DNA from: Candidatus Hydrothermarchaeota archaeon
GTDB taxonomy: Archaea > CAYFZR01
Direction of reading: 5' to 3'
Length of the DNA stretch: 64,000 bases
Assembly (NCBI GenBank): GCA_046760505.1
Contig: JBHIEG010000006.1
Location: forward strand, 20,924 to 84,923
Below are positions 47,640-57,445 of this stretch, piece after piece. How positions within the stretch are numbered: position 1 is the stretch's first letter; every line of letters starts with the position of its first letter. The position numbers and the translations under genes are program-made. The notes under the pieces are model-generated. The model was not told the origin of the DNA. It saw nothing but the letters and a program-made list of their open reading frames with translations, and searched no databases.

Positions 47640-49109
47640 ATGGTGAGTAAAAACAATCTAATTAAGCTGTTGGTCATATCAGTTGTTTTAGTTAACATTA
47701 CCGTAATTAGCGGTTGTGTTAAAGAAAAACCACCAACTGAAGAAGTCGTTGGGGAAAAACCCGCGGAAGAATTGTTAGAGGAAAAACCTAAAGAAGAAAT
47801 AACGCCTCCAACCACTCCTGTTCCGGAAACTCCTTCTGCTCCTGCACCTGCTCCATCGCCTAAAACAACTGCTCCTCCTGTAAAGAAAGGTCCTGAACCT
47901 CTCGAAATACCCTTCGAGGCATCACACTTCGGATTTATGCACCCAGAGAGGTCTTTATCTGAGGCAGCGGAGTTGAAAGTACACTGGGCAAGACCTCATC
48001 CAGGACCCTTTCTCTGGGATTCGATTGAGCCTGAAAAAGGTAGATTCGATTTTTCTTCTCCGGATAGAGAGGTGAGACTTCTCCAAGAATACGATTTCAC
48101 AATGATAGCCACAATCTGGCCCTATGCCGATTGGGATCAAGAGAGTTGTAGGAAAAGACTTTCATTTGAAAAAATCAGAGAGTTCAGGGAACTTGGCTAC
48201 TATCGTCAGATGCCCTGTGATATGGAAGCCTACAAGAATTTTGTAAAAACCGTAGTGGAGCGCTACGATGGCGATGGCATTGACGACATGCCGGGACTGA
48301 AGTATCCTGTGAAATACTGGGAAGTGATTAATGAACCGTCAATGAAAGAAGATTTGGTTTTCTTCTATGGCTCTCCAGAAGAGTACTTTGAAGTCTTGAA
48401 GGCGACCTACGAAGCAGTAAAAGAGGCAGATCCAGAAGCAAAAGTTCTTAACGGTGGAATCGCAGGCTTCGACTACGAGTCCAGAAATTTCTGGCAGAAG
48501 GTCATTGACCTCGGGGGGGCTAAATACTTTGATATATTCAACCATCATTCCATCAGCGGACCTGAAGATCTCCATGTCCCAGAGGCAAAGAGTTTCATGA
48601 GAAAAAACAATATAAGAAAGCCCCACTGGATACCTGAGGTAGAATTCAGTGCTTGGGGTCTTAAGAGGGAGAGGCTCACTCCTGAAGAATGGGCGAATGT
48701 AATCGTAAGGTCTTACATTTATTCCTTTGGCGAGGGAGTAGATAAGCTCTTCTATGTTGGGCTGGACGAAAGTCCAGGAGATCCTGAGAGCTGGTTATTA
48801 TACACTGAATCAGAAAAGAAACCCCATAGAGCAAAAGAGGGTCCAAAGAAAAGACAAGCCACCTTCTACGCGTTTAAGACCATGGTAGAAAAGATCGACT
48901 ATTTTACTGCGGTTAGAAAACTCGGGAAAGGGAAATACAAATTTACTGTAAAAGGAAAGCCAGTTTATGTTCTCTGGGCTCCGGGACCGGTACCTGCTGA
49001 GATAACTGGAACCGTCCTCGTAACAAACATTAGGGGTTATACCAGAAAAATTGATGCAACGAGCATAACACTAACAGAAAGCCCAATTTTTGTTGAGCCT
49101 CTCCATTGA
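47640..49109 (+). CDS. Lipoprotein glycoside hydrolase (clan GH-A, GH39-like)
   Basis: Lipobox ISGC; Pro/Thr linker; WEVINEP acid/base; WIPE nucleophile region; YDGDG. Confidence 0.78.
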   Translation: MVSKNNLIKLLVISVVLVNITVISGCVKEKPPTEEVVGEKPAEELLEEKPKEEITPPTTPVPETPSAPAPAPSPKTTAPPVKKGPEPLEIPFEASHFGFMHPERSLSEAAELKVHWARPHPGPFLWDSIEPEKGRFDFSSPDREVRLLQEYDFTMIATIWPYADWDQESCRKRLSFEKIREFRELGYYRQMPCDMEAYKNFVKTVVERYDGDGIDDMPGLKYPVKYWEVINEPSMKEDLVFFYGSPEEYFEVLKATYEAVKEADPEAKVLNGGIAGFDYESRNFWQKVIDLGGAKYFDIFNHHSISGPEDLHVPEAKSFMRKNNIRKPHWIPEVEFSAWGLKRERLTPEEWANVIVRSYIYSFGEGVDKLFYVGLDESPGDPESWLLYTESEKKPHRAKEGPKKRQATFYAFKTMVEKIDYFTAVRKLGKGKYKFTVKGKPVYVLWAPGPVPAEITGTVLVTNIRGYTRKIDATSITLTESPIFVEPLH

Positions 49110-49121
49110 AATTATCACTAT

Positions 49122-49859
49122 CTACTCTGCGTACTCCCCCTTAGGGTATACCACAAGACCTCGAGAAGTTATTTCTAGAGGATATCTTCTCATTCCATGC
49201 CTAGCTTCTCTCATTTTTCGAATCACAATACTTCTTCTCAGTTGTCCACCGCTCTCGGTTAGATACAGGAGTATTAAACCTCTCGTTATGAATTCTTCGA
49301 CTCCATATCTGCTCAATCTTCCCGTTCCTTCGATGGATTCGGATGTTAAAATTGAAGTGCAGTTGCTTTCAAGAAGTATGGTTGTAAATTTGTGGATTGC
49401 TCTTCTTATTTCTGCTTCGCTCTTCAACTGTAGACCTAAAGCAGGAATAGAGTCTATTGCAATTCTTTTTGCTCCAATTTCTTCTATTGTTTCGTAAATT
49501 TTAACCGCAAGTGCATCCAAATCGAATCCAGCTGGGGTAACTACTCTCTCTCTCGTGGGTATTCCGGCTCTTGCTAGAGAAGCATCAATAATAACAAATT
49601 TACCGTCTTCCTCTAATTTTTTAACGTCCCATCCGAATACCTGCATTTCCCTTCTTACATCATCAGGCCTCTCTTCAAGAGATACATATATACTTGGCTC
49701 ATTAAACTTAGATGCACCGGCATATAAAAACTGGAAGCAAAATAGGGTCTTTCCCGTACCTGGACCACCTGAAACTAATACAACCGTATTTCTCGGGAAA
49801 CCGCCATCCAATATCTCATCCAATCCCGGAATGCCTGATTTGACTCTATCTTCTCTCAA
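49122..49859 (-). CDS. KaiC-like ATPase (intact)
   Basis: SGIPGLDEILDGGFP, GGPGTGKT, SLEE, IDSI, RKMR. Confidence 0.93.
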   Translation of the reverse strand: MREDRVKSGIPGLDEILDGGFPRNTVVLVSGGPGTGKTLFCFQFLYAGASKFNEPSIYVSLEERPDDVRREMQVFGWDVKKLEEDGKFVIIDASLARAGIPTRERVVTPAGFDLDALAVKIYETIEEIGAKRIAIDSIPALGLQLKSEAEIRRAIHKFTTILLESNCTSILTSESIEGTGRLSRYGVEEFITRGLILLYLTESGGQLRRSIVIRKMREARHGMRRYPLEITSRGLVVYPKGEYAE

Positions 49860-49945
49860 ACCTTAACACCGAATTATTGTTTAATGTTTATATTTGTTCT
49901 TTGATGTTTATAATTCTTATTTTGATAAATTTTGGCTTACCTAAA

Positions 49946-50701
49946 CTACACTATTCTTGTGGCAGTATCTAATACAATACCCTTCTGGGTTATTCGATAG
50001 GGTACAATTTTGCTGCTCGGAACTATATGTAACATATTGGTTATGCATATACTTCTCTCAAGTTCATTGCCTCTCTCACGAACCCTTAATTCTATTATTC
50101 CATCTGAGACGTGCTCTATCGTACTCAATGTAGATTCATCATGCATTCCTTTTTCCAGTGATACGAGATAAACGCACTTGTATATTCTCACAAATGCCTT
50201 TATCCCTTCCAAAACCTCTTTTACCTCTTTCAATGAGTGCAGCCAGAGAATGTCAGAGAGGGAATCTATCACACCAATATGACTTCCCTTGGATGCGAGT
50301 TCATCATTCTCTAGAACCCCCAATCTCAGCATGTTTAAGATGCTTGTATCCCAGGATCTGGATACAGAACTCAAAGAAGGTGTTTTTTTGTGAGTTTCTC
50401 CAAGAACCCATTTTATTCTTGAAGAAAAAACATCTATGAATGTCAGATTGCCGGACTTTTCAAATTCTTCAACTTCCCATCCAAACCTACTCATGTTAGA
50501 TTTGATATCCTCTGAGGAACACCAAGTGACAAAATATATTCCTGATCCTCCTTGGGAGAGAGCGTTATAGAGAAACTGTTGACATATGATGGAATGACCG
50601 GTACCTGGATTACCAACTAGGAGAATAAGACTACCCTTGGGATATCCTCCTTCTAGAAGCTCATTTAACCCTGAAATTCCTGTATCTACGATATCAGTCA
50701 T
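49946..50701 (-). CDS. KaiC-like protein with degenerate Walker A
   Basis: TGISGLNELLEGGYP, GNPGTGHS (K to H), IDSL, lacks the EE motif. Confidence 0.88.
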   Translation of the reverse strand: MTDIVDTGISGLNELLEGGYPKGSLILLVGNPGTGHSIICQQFLYNALSQGGSGIYFVTWCSSEDIKSNMSRFGWEVEEFEKSGNLTFIDVFSSRIKWVLGETHKKTPSLSSVSRSWDTSILNMLRLGVLENDELASKGSHIGVIDSLSDILWLHSLKEVKEVLEGIKAFVRIYKCVYLVSLEKGMHDESTLSTIEHVSDGIIELRVRERGNELERSICITNMLHIVPSSKIVPYRITQKGIVLDTATRIV

Positions 50702-50844
50702 TTCTACAATTTTTACTATTAAACTCTCTGGTATAAAAATCTTCTATAGCGAGAATTCTGCAAAATTGTATAGGAAATATTTATGTTGTTGATTTTTTAT
50801 AGTTACGATGTCATTATACATTATACTAATAAGGAGGAGAAAAA

Positions 50845-52248
50845 ATGGCAAACATCCCTCAAGAGATAGTGAATATGTTAAACCTCTTGAGAGGATCCTC
50901 TCTAATGGTTAAGGGCGCTCCAGGAACTGGAAAGACCATATTCTCGCTCGAACTTCTGAAAGAACTCGGCGAGAACTACAGTGGAATATATGTCTCAACC
51001 CGAGTTCAACCAAGAGACCTGTATATAATGTTTCCTTGGTTAAATGGTGTTGTTTTTGAAGAAAATATAATAGATGCTTCCTGTTCTTTTGTATCCAAAT
51101 CTCAAGAATTAAATAAGGTTATACGCTATAGTAGCCAGCCTGATTTTGTTAAAGCAACATATGAAAAGATAGACGGACTTAAAAAACCAGCGTTATTAGT
51201 GATTGATAGTTGGGATGCAGTTTTCAGTGTGGTAAGAGAATCGAACGAAGAAGAACTCGCCAGAACAATGATAGACCTAGCAAAAGAGACCGAGACGAAT
51301 CTAATTATGGTCGTAGAAAAAGAAAAAAAGACAGGGTTAGATCACTTGGTAGACGGTATCGTATTATTAAAATGGGAAGAAAAAGATGGGGAGTGGTATA
51401 GAGAGATCTATCTAGATAAGTTGAGAGGAACTGAAATTCTCCAGCACAAATATCTTTTCACACTGAATGGAGGTAGATTCAGGCATTTTGAACCATTTAA
51501 ACGAAAATTTCCAAGAACTAGAAGAAAGTTTAAACCCATCATAGACTCGAGATCGCATTTCTCGTCTGGAAATAGATATTTAGACGAGATACTGGGTGGA
51601 GGCTTTCCAAGGGGAAGTTATGTTTTTCTTGAGACTGGAGAAAACGTGGATTACTATGCATTCGCGAATATTATCAACCTAACAGTTGCCAATTTTATTA
51701 CTCAGGGCAGAGGAGTGTTAGGAATTCCTAGGGTAGGAACAAGTCCGGGAATGATCAAGTATTTTGCACACCTCTTTGGTTTTGAAGATGGACTAAAAAG
51801 CCTTTTGAGGATGGTTAGGGAAGAAGATTCGTCAGGCAAAGAAACAGAAGATTTTGTTCTTCCCTATACTACTGAAACTCTGAAAGAAGATTTCAGGAAA
51901 ATTGATTCTGAAATTAGAAGATTGAGAGAGGAAACAGGGGAACCGGTGCTAAAAATAGTGGCTTATGATCACATGGAGTCTCTCTTTGGAGTGAAAGCAT
52001 TGCCAGAAATGATAAGTCTCGAAGCTCAAGAGATAGCGGACAGTAACGCATTAGCAATTGCTACCGGAACCCACAGCACGCCAGAAACCAATAAAAAACT
52101 TGCTGATACCGCTAATATCCATTTAAAAATTATAGAGTTAAATGGAGCCATGGTTCTTTTTGGATTAAAACCAAAAACAGGATTGTACAATATTGAGATT
52201 GATATTTCAAAAGGCTATCCAGATATAGTACTGACTCCGATCAGATGA
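50845..52248 (+). CDS. GvpD-like double KaiC-domain ATPase
   Basis: GAPGTGKT, YVSTRV, IDSWDA, DKLRG, YLFTLNGGRF; second domain SGNRYLDEILGGGF with degenerate P-loop. Confidence 0.85.
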   Translation: MANIPQEIVNMLNLLRGSSLMVKGAPGTGKTIFSLELLKELGENYSGIYVSTRVQPRDLYIMFPWLNGVVFEENIIDASCSFVSKSQELNKVIRYSSQPDFVKATYEKIDGLKKPALLVIDSWDAVFSVVRESNEEELARTMIDLAKETETNLIMVVEKEKKTGLDHLVDGIVLLKWEEKDGEWYREIYLDKLRGTEILQHKYLFTLNGGRFRHFEPFKRKFPRTRRKFKPIIDSRSHFSSGNRYLDEILGGGFPRGSYVFLETGENVDYYAFANIINLTVANFITQGRGVLGIPRVGTSPGMIKYFAHLFGFEDGLKSLLRMVREEDSSGKETEDFVLPYTTETLKEDFRKIDSEIRRLREETGEPVLKIVAYDHMESLFGVKALPEMISLEAQEIADSNALAIATGTHSTPETNKKLADTANIHLKIIELNGAMVLFGLKPKTGLYNIEIDISKGYPDIVLTPIR

Positions 52249-52252
52249 TCAC

Positions 52253-52636
52253 ATGGCTAAAAAAATACTACTTGTGGATGATGCCGAATTTATGCGCGAA
52301 ATGCTTGAGGAAATGTTGGATCCATCAGAGTACGAGATCATAGAGCATGTAACAACCGGAAGAGAGGCTATAAATACGTACAGAAAATTAATGGAGGAAG
52401 GAAATAGACCGGATATAGTTGCCATAGACATCGTTTTGCCTGAGATAGATGGTATTACAGTTATAAGGGAAATAAAAAAATTAGATCCCAATGCAAAAAT
52501 TTTTGTAATCAGTGCATTGAGCGCTCCTGGTCCAATAAATGAGTCTATTGAGGCTGGAGCCTCAGATTATATCATCAAGCCTTTTACAACTAAGAAATTA
52601 ATCAAAACACTAGAAAATCTGCTGAAAGAGAGGTAA
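52253..52636 (+). CDS. Stand-alone response regulator receiver (CheY-like)
   Basis: VDD, DIVLPEIDG, SA, YIIKPF. Confidence 0.93.
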   Translation: MAKKILLVDDAEFMREMLEEMLDPSEYEIIEHVTTGREAINTYRKLMEEGNRPDIVAIDIVLPEIDGITVIREIKKLDPNAKIFVISALSAPGPINESIEAGASDYIIKPFTTKKLIKTLENLLKER

Positions 52637-52641
52637 CCGGG

Positions 52642-54735
52642 ATGGATGAAGTTAGAAAGACGGGAATCGATATTTTAGGTGATGTCCCTTGGGGTACGCA
52701 TTTCTGTCAATTTTATCTTACAAAAGAAGATTTAATCGACATTTTGGTACCTTATTTCAAAACAGGATTGGAAAACAATGAATTCTGCATGTGGATTACC
52801 TCAGAGCCTTTAACAGTTGAGGAAGCAAAAGAATCATTAAAAAAGGTTGTAAAGAATCTAGAGGACTATATTAAAAAAGGACAGATAGAGATACTCCATT
52901 CGAGTGAGTGGTACACCAAATCAGGAAAATTCGAGCCTGAAAAGGTCTTGCAAGGTTGGGTTGATAAAGAGAATCAGGCTTTGAAAAAAGGATTTGATGG
53001 TCTGCGCCTTACGGGTAATACTTTTTGGCTTGAGAAAGAAGATTGGAAGGGTTTCACTGAGTATGAGTCGCTTGTAAACAATGTCATCGGCAAACATAAA
53101 ATGATTGCCATTTGTTCCTATTCTCTTGATAAGTGTGGGGCATCCGAAGTAATTGACGTGGTGAACAATCATCAATTTGCTCTCATTAAACGAGAGGGTA
53201 AGTGGGAACTTATTGAAAGCTCCGAACGTAAGAGAGCATGGGAAATGCTTCGAGAAACCGAAGAACGCTATAGAGAGCTTGTGGAACTCTGTCCTGATCC
53301 AATTGGCGTTCATAGCGAAGGGAAGCTCGTCTTTATAAACACCGCCGGGGCAAAACTTCTTGGAGCATCGAGTCCAGAGGAACTCATTGGAAAATCAATA
53401 ATGGATACCGTGCACCCGGATTATCGCAAAATCGTTAAGGAAAGAGTTCAAAAGATGATAGAAGAAGGAAAGAGAGTCCCATTAATCGAGGAAAAGTTCT
53501 TAAGGTTAGATGGTACTGAAGTAGATGTGGAAACCACCGCGATCCCTATCTCATATAAGGGCAAGCCAGCTGTCTTGGTTATCTCAAGAGACATTACAGA
53601 GCGAAAGCGGGTAGAGAAAGAACTTAAAAAACAGAAAGAATTCCTCGAATCGATATTCGACGCTGTTACCGATCACCTCACGGTAATCGATAGGAATTTC
53701 AAGATAGTCGCCATGAATAAGAGTCATGCCGCAAGTTTTAATAAAAAACCTGAAGATTTCATAGGAAAGTATTGCTATGAGGAGTTTCATGGAATTAAAC
53801 AAGTCTGTGAAGATTGTGTGGCAAAAGAATCTTTTGAAACTGGAAATCCATCCTATGGACTAAAATCTGGAATCAGAAAAGATGGCTCACGATACTGGGT
53901 TGAAATCAATACATTTCCAGTAAAAGATGAGAATGGACAAGTTAATTCAGTAATAGAATACGTTAAAGACATTACAGAAAAGAAAAAGGTTGAGGAAGAG
54001 CTAAAAGAATCCTATGAAAAATTACAGGTTGCCTACGATGAATTAAAAGAATTGGATAGGATTAAATCAGACTTCATTAATATTGCTTCTCATGAACTTA
54101 GATCTCCTCTATCTGCTATAATGGGATATCTAACTCTTATGGAAACCAAAACAGAACTCGACGAGAAACAAAAGCATTATTTAGATATTATATTTAGAAA
54201 TGCAAGTCTCTTGAACGAATTAATTTACAAGATACTGGAACTCTCACTCATAGAATCCGGGAAGATTGAACTTTTTAAAAGGAAATCATCAATTCTAAAG
54301 ATAACAAAGGAAATCATTGAGGACCTAGAAATAAAAGCCAAAGAAAAAGAACAGGAGATTACTCTAGAATTTTCAGAAAAAGTACCCATGATAAAAATCG
54401 ATAGAGAAAGAATAAAAGAGGTTTTGACCAATCTGATATCAAATGCCATTAAATTTACACCAGAAGGAGGAAAAATTAAAGTAAATATAGAAAATAGGAA
54501 AGAAGATGTACTCGTATCTGTAAGCGACAACGGACCAGGAATTTCGGAAGAGGACCAGAAAAGGATCTTCGATCGTTTCTATAAGGTCGAGAGCTCTCTT
54601 ACAAGAAGTGTAGAGGGCACAGGTCTTGGACTGTCGATCGCAAAAGGATTGGTAGAACTGCATGGAGGAAAAATCTGGGTTGAGAGCGAACTGGGAAAAG
54701 GAAGCACCTTTTACTTTACCATACCAAAAACATAA
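52642..54735 (+). CDS. Soluble sensor histidine kinase, MEDS-PAS-PAS-HisKA-HATPase
   Basis: WGTHFCQFY and LRLTGN (MEDS); two PAS/PAC; SHELRSPL, NLISNAIKFT, DNGPG, GTGLGL. Confidence 0.95.
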   Translation: MDEVRKTGIDILGDVPWGTHFCQFYLTKEDLIDILVPYFKTGLENNEFCMWITSEPLTVEEAKESLKKVVKNLEDYIKKGQIEILHSSEWYTKSGKFEPEKVLQGWVDKENQALKKGFDGLRLTGNTFWLEKEDWKGFTEYESLVNNVIGKHKMIAICSYSLDKCGASEVIDVVNNHQFALIKREGKWELIESSERKRAWEMLRETEERYRELVELCPDPIGVHSEGKLVFINTAGAKLLGASSPEELIGKSIMDTVHPDYRKIVKERVQKMIEEGKRVPLIEEKFLRLDGTEVDVETTAIPISYKGKPAVLVISRDITERKRVEKELKKQKEFLESIFDAVTDHLTVIDRNFKIVAMNKSHAASFNKKPEDFIGKYCYEEFHGIKQVCEDCVAKESFETGNPSYGLKSGIRKDGSRYWVEINTFPVKDENGQVNSVIEYVKDITEKKKVEEELKESYEKLQVAYDELKELDRIKSDFINIASHELRSPLSAIMGYLTLMETKTELDEKQKHYLDIIFRNASLLNELIYKILELSLIESGKIELFKRKSSILKITKEIIEDLEIKAKEKEQEITLEFSEKVPMIKIDRERIKEVLTNLISNAIKFTPEGGKIKVNIENRKEDVLVSVSDNGPGISEEDQKRIFDRFYKVESSLTRSVEGTGLGLSIAKGLVELHGGKIWVESELGKGSTFYFTIPKT

Positions 54736-54772
54736 TTTTGGTTTATAAGAGATCTACAGTTTCGAGAAAAGG

Positions 54773-54844
54773 TGCCCCGGCCGGGACTCGAACCCGAGTC
54801 GCAGGCTCCGCAGGCCTGCAGGATATCCACTACCCTACCGGGGC
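54773..54844 (-). tRNA. tRNA-Arg(GCG)
   Basis: Reverse complement GCCCCGG...CAGGC-CTGCGGA-GCCTG...GGTTCGAGTCC...CCGGGGC-A. Confidence 0.93.
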
Positions 54845-54939
54845 TCCACGATTTCAACATCAATTTTCTAAAGGTGAGAAAATATATCTCGAAAGAGAAT
54901 AAAAATCTTTTCTCTGTTACCTTAGGATTATTGTTTGTC

Positions 54940-55179
54940 TTAAAGGCTCAAAACAATACTTAAAGCCGCAAACGAGATCAAAATAATAATCCAGAAAATC
55001 TCTCTTAAATCCAGTCTTTCTCTGTAGTTATATTTATGATTACAATTGATTCTTATGAGCTCTTTAACCTCTTCCATGCTTTGAGGCTTTTTATTTTTGA
55101 TCAAAATCATGGTATGGCAATTAGAGCAATCCATTGTGCAGCTGCAAGACTTAAAGAAGCGGCAGTTCTTATTCATCAA
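54940..55179 (-). CDS. Small Cys-rich protein with C-terminal TM
   Basis: CRFFKSCSCTMDCSNCH; hydrophobic C-terminus. Confidence 0.5.
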   Translation of the reverse strand: MMNKNCRFFKSCSCTMDCSNCHTMILIKNKKPQSMEEVKELIRINCNHKYNYRERLDLREIFWIIILISFAALSIVLSL

Positions 55180-55230
55180 ATGAAGAAATGAATTGATTCG
55201 ATAAATACTTGTCCCTTTAATTATGGAAAA

Positions 55231-55941
55231 CTATATGTACATTCTTGAATCAATTTCCTGTTGTTGATCAGTTCTCATTTTAATTAGTTCTTTTATCTTC
55301 TGTTCTAAATTTTCTGCTTCTTCTAATAGTTTAGAAGCTTTTAGATCGACTTCATACGTTTTCTCTATGACTTCAATCGCAATGGCAGCAGCCTGTGGAT
55401 CTGGCCTTTCTTCAGCATAGGGTAACAAAGCTATGGCGGGAAAATCGTTTATTTCGCAATATGCAAGCAACGATGCAAGAGGTCCAACCACTTGCAGCCC
55501 AGGGTCGAGTATCGGTATGTTCAGATCTTTAAGCCTGTGGATCGCCTTAGACGTGGCAACTCCTTTTATTTTAACCTTAGCATCGGTCTGAAACTTTTTG
55601 TTCAATCCGCCTATGAGTACTCCTTCTTTAAGTTTATTCGCCCTTGCCCAGTTTGAGACCAGATTCATGGTCTCGTTCATTTCTACCGTAGTGCTGAAAG
55701 CCTCATTTACAACGATAACAAGGTTTTCGTGTTTGTATATCTCTGTAGGTAAAGAAAGTCTATCATTTTGAACAGTAACCACCGGAACCATCTCAGGATT
55801 CTCTATGTAACCTATCCTTCTCGCCTTCAATACATCTATCATATGCTTAACTGATATGTATCCGGTGAATCCTATGCCTTGGAAGCCGGATATGAGGATG
55901 CAATCTTTCAGATTCTCCTTCTCAATTATGTGTACCTTCAT
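55231..55941 (-). CDS. PAC2 family (proteasome assembly chaperone-like) protein
   Basis: GFQGIGFTGYI, IGG, VGPLASLL, PDPQAA. Confidence 0.88.
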   Translation of the reverse strand: MKVHIIEKENLKDCILISGFQGIGFTGYISVKHMIDVLKARRIGYIENPEMVPVVTVQNDRLSLPTEIYKHENLVIVVNEAFSTTVEMNETMNLVSNWARANKLKEGVLIGGLNKKFQTDAKVKIKGVATSKAIHRLKDLNIPILDPGLQVVGPLASLLAYCEINDFPAIALLPYAEERPDPQAAAIAIEVIEKTYEVDLKASKLLEEAENLEQKIKELIKMRTDQQQEIDSRMYI

Positions 55942-55945
55942 GTTT

Positions 55946-57445
55946 TCATCTCAGTGGTATTTTTTTCAGCCACTCTATATCTCCTCTGTAGAGAAGCCTT
56001 ATATCATCTATGTCTAACTTCATCATCGCAAGTCTCTCCAAACCAAGACCCCATGCAAGCACCGGATACTTTACTCCCAATGGATCCAGCAACTCCGGTC
56101 TAAATATTCCTGCCCCCCCTAATTCTACCCACTCGCCCTTCTCCTCATAGAAAACTTCAACTTCTAAAGAAGGCTCTGTATAAGGAAAGTACCCGGGTCT
56201 GATCCTTATTTGTTCAAATCCCATTGCCTTATAAAATTTTCTTAGAATTCCTAGTAGTTGCGCAAAATTAGAATTTTTATCCATTGCTATGCCTTCAACT
56301 TGGTGAAACTCAGGTAAATGCTTGTAAGTTATGTTTTCTCTCCTGAAGACCCTATCAACCGCGAACATCCTTACTGGAGGCTCTTTATGTTTATGGAGAT
56401 ACCTGACTGATAGAGAGGTATTATGGGTTCTTAGAAGTGTTTTGGATGCAATATCCTCTTTCCACTCACCGCCCCATCCAATCGACCCGGTCTTGCCACC
56501 ATGTTCATGGGCCTCCTTTACATTCTTAACTAAATCTTTTGGTAACTTTGCTCTTTCAGGACGTTTGAGATAGAATGTATCCTGCATTTCTCTAGCAGGA
56601 TGGTCTTGAGGTTGGAATAAAGCATCAAAGTTCCAAAAAGCGGACTCCACTAAAGGCCCTCTGACCTCGACGAAACCCATTAACAAGAAAATTTCGCGAA
56701 TCTCATCGATTAATCTTCTAAGTGGATGTTTTTTCCCTATTGATACCTTTGGTACGCTTGCTGTTATGTCATATCTTCTGAATTTAACTTCTTTCCATTT
56801 TCCAGAGGTTATTATTTCGCTAGTTAATTGAGTAACTTCTTCTTCTAAAGGTATGCCAAAAGAAATGAGTTCTTCACCTTTTTCTGTTAACTCTAGGATT
56901 CTCTCTTTTATTTCTATAACTTCTATTAAACCTCTCTTTTCCAGTTCCTTTATGAGTAATTTTTCTCCTTCATACGTTTTGCCATCTAATATTCCTCTTA
57001 AGATTTCCTCGTCTCTGCCTAACTTATCTTTAAATTTTTTTCCCTCTTCCGTAAGTTCAAGAAAAGCTTTTCCATCTCTTTTCTTTATTTCCCCCCATCC
57101 CTTCTTTCTTATCCAGCCTAAGCCGATTTTCAAATCCTCTTTATCAATGTGGATTTCAGATATAGGCTTTTCATCATATTTTAAGAGTTTTCTCTCTGGA
57201 AAACCTTCTTTTAGATATTTCTTTCCCTCTTCTTTTATATTTGCCTTAATTCTCTCTTTTTCATGTACTTTTATGAGATTTTTTCTCCTTAACCATTCTA
57301 TTGCTCTATTTATTGCAGTCTTGTCTAGATCTACTTTTTTACTTAACTCATCTGGGGTAGATTTTTTTAATCTGCCTAATTCAACCAGGACCTTTCTTTC
57401 AAATATGTGTAGTTCTGATATCCTTTCATCCAGGCTCATAAACAT
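55946..57445 (-). CDS. pheS: Phenylalanine-tRNA ligase alpha subunit
   Basis: FWNFDALFQPQDHPAREMQDTF, FPYTEPS, GLGLERL. Confidence 0.97.
   Translation of the reverse strand: MFMSLDERISELHIFERKVLVELGRLKKSTPDELSKKVDLDKTAINRAIEWLRRKNLIKVHEKERIKANIKEEGKKYLKEGFPERKLLKYDEKPISEIHIDKEDLKIGLGWIRKKGWGEIKKRDGKAFLELTEEGKKFKDKLGRDEEILRGILDGKTYEGEKLLIKELEKRGLIEVIEIKERILELTEKGEELISFGIPLEEEVTQLTSEIITSGKWKEVKFRRYDITASVPKVSIGKKHPLRRLIDEIREIFLLMGFVEVRGPLVESAFWNFDALFQPQDHPAREMQDTFYLKRPERAKLPKDLVKNVKEAHEHGGKTGSIGWGGEWKEDIASKTLLRTHNTSLSVRYLHKHKEPPVRMFAVDRVFRRENITYKHLPEFHQVEGIAMDKNSNFAQLLGILRKFYKAMGFEQIRIRPGYFPYTEPSLEVEVFYEEKGEWVELGGAGIFRPELLDPLGVKYPVLAWGLGLERLAMMKLDIDDIRLLYRGDIEWLKKIPLR

Noticed and set aside
45273-52248. 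Circadian clock locus
   Set aside because: No kaiA/kaiB, mostly single-domain KaiCs, and no CII-type ST phosphosite in the intact copy
50845-52248. Gas vesicle cluster
   Set aside because: Only a GvpD-like ATPase is present; no gvpA or other structural genes
54772-54963. ORF MPRPGLEPESQAPQA...
   Set aside because: Antisense translation of tRNA-Arg
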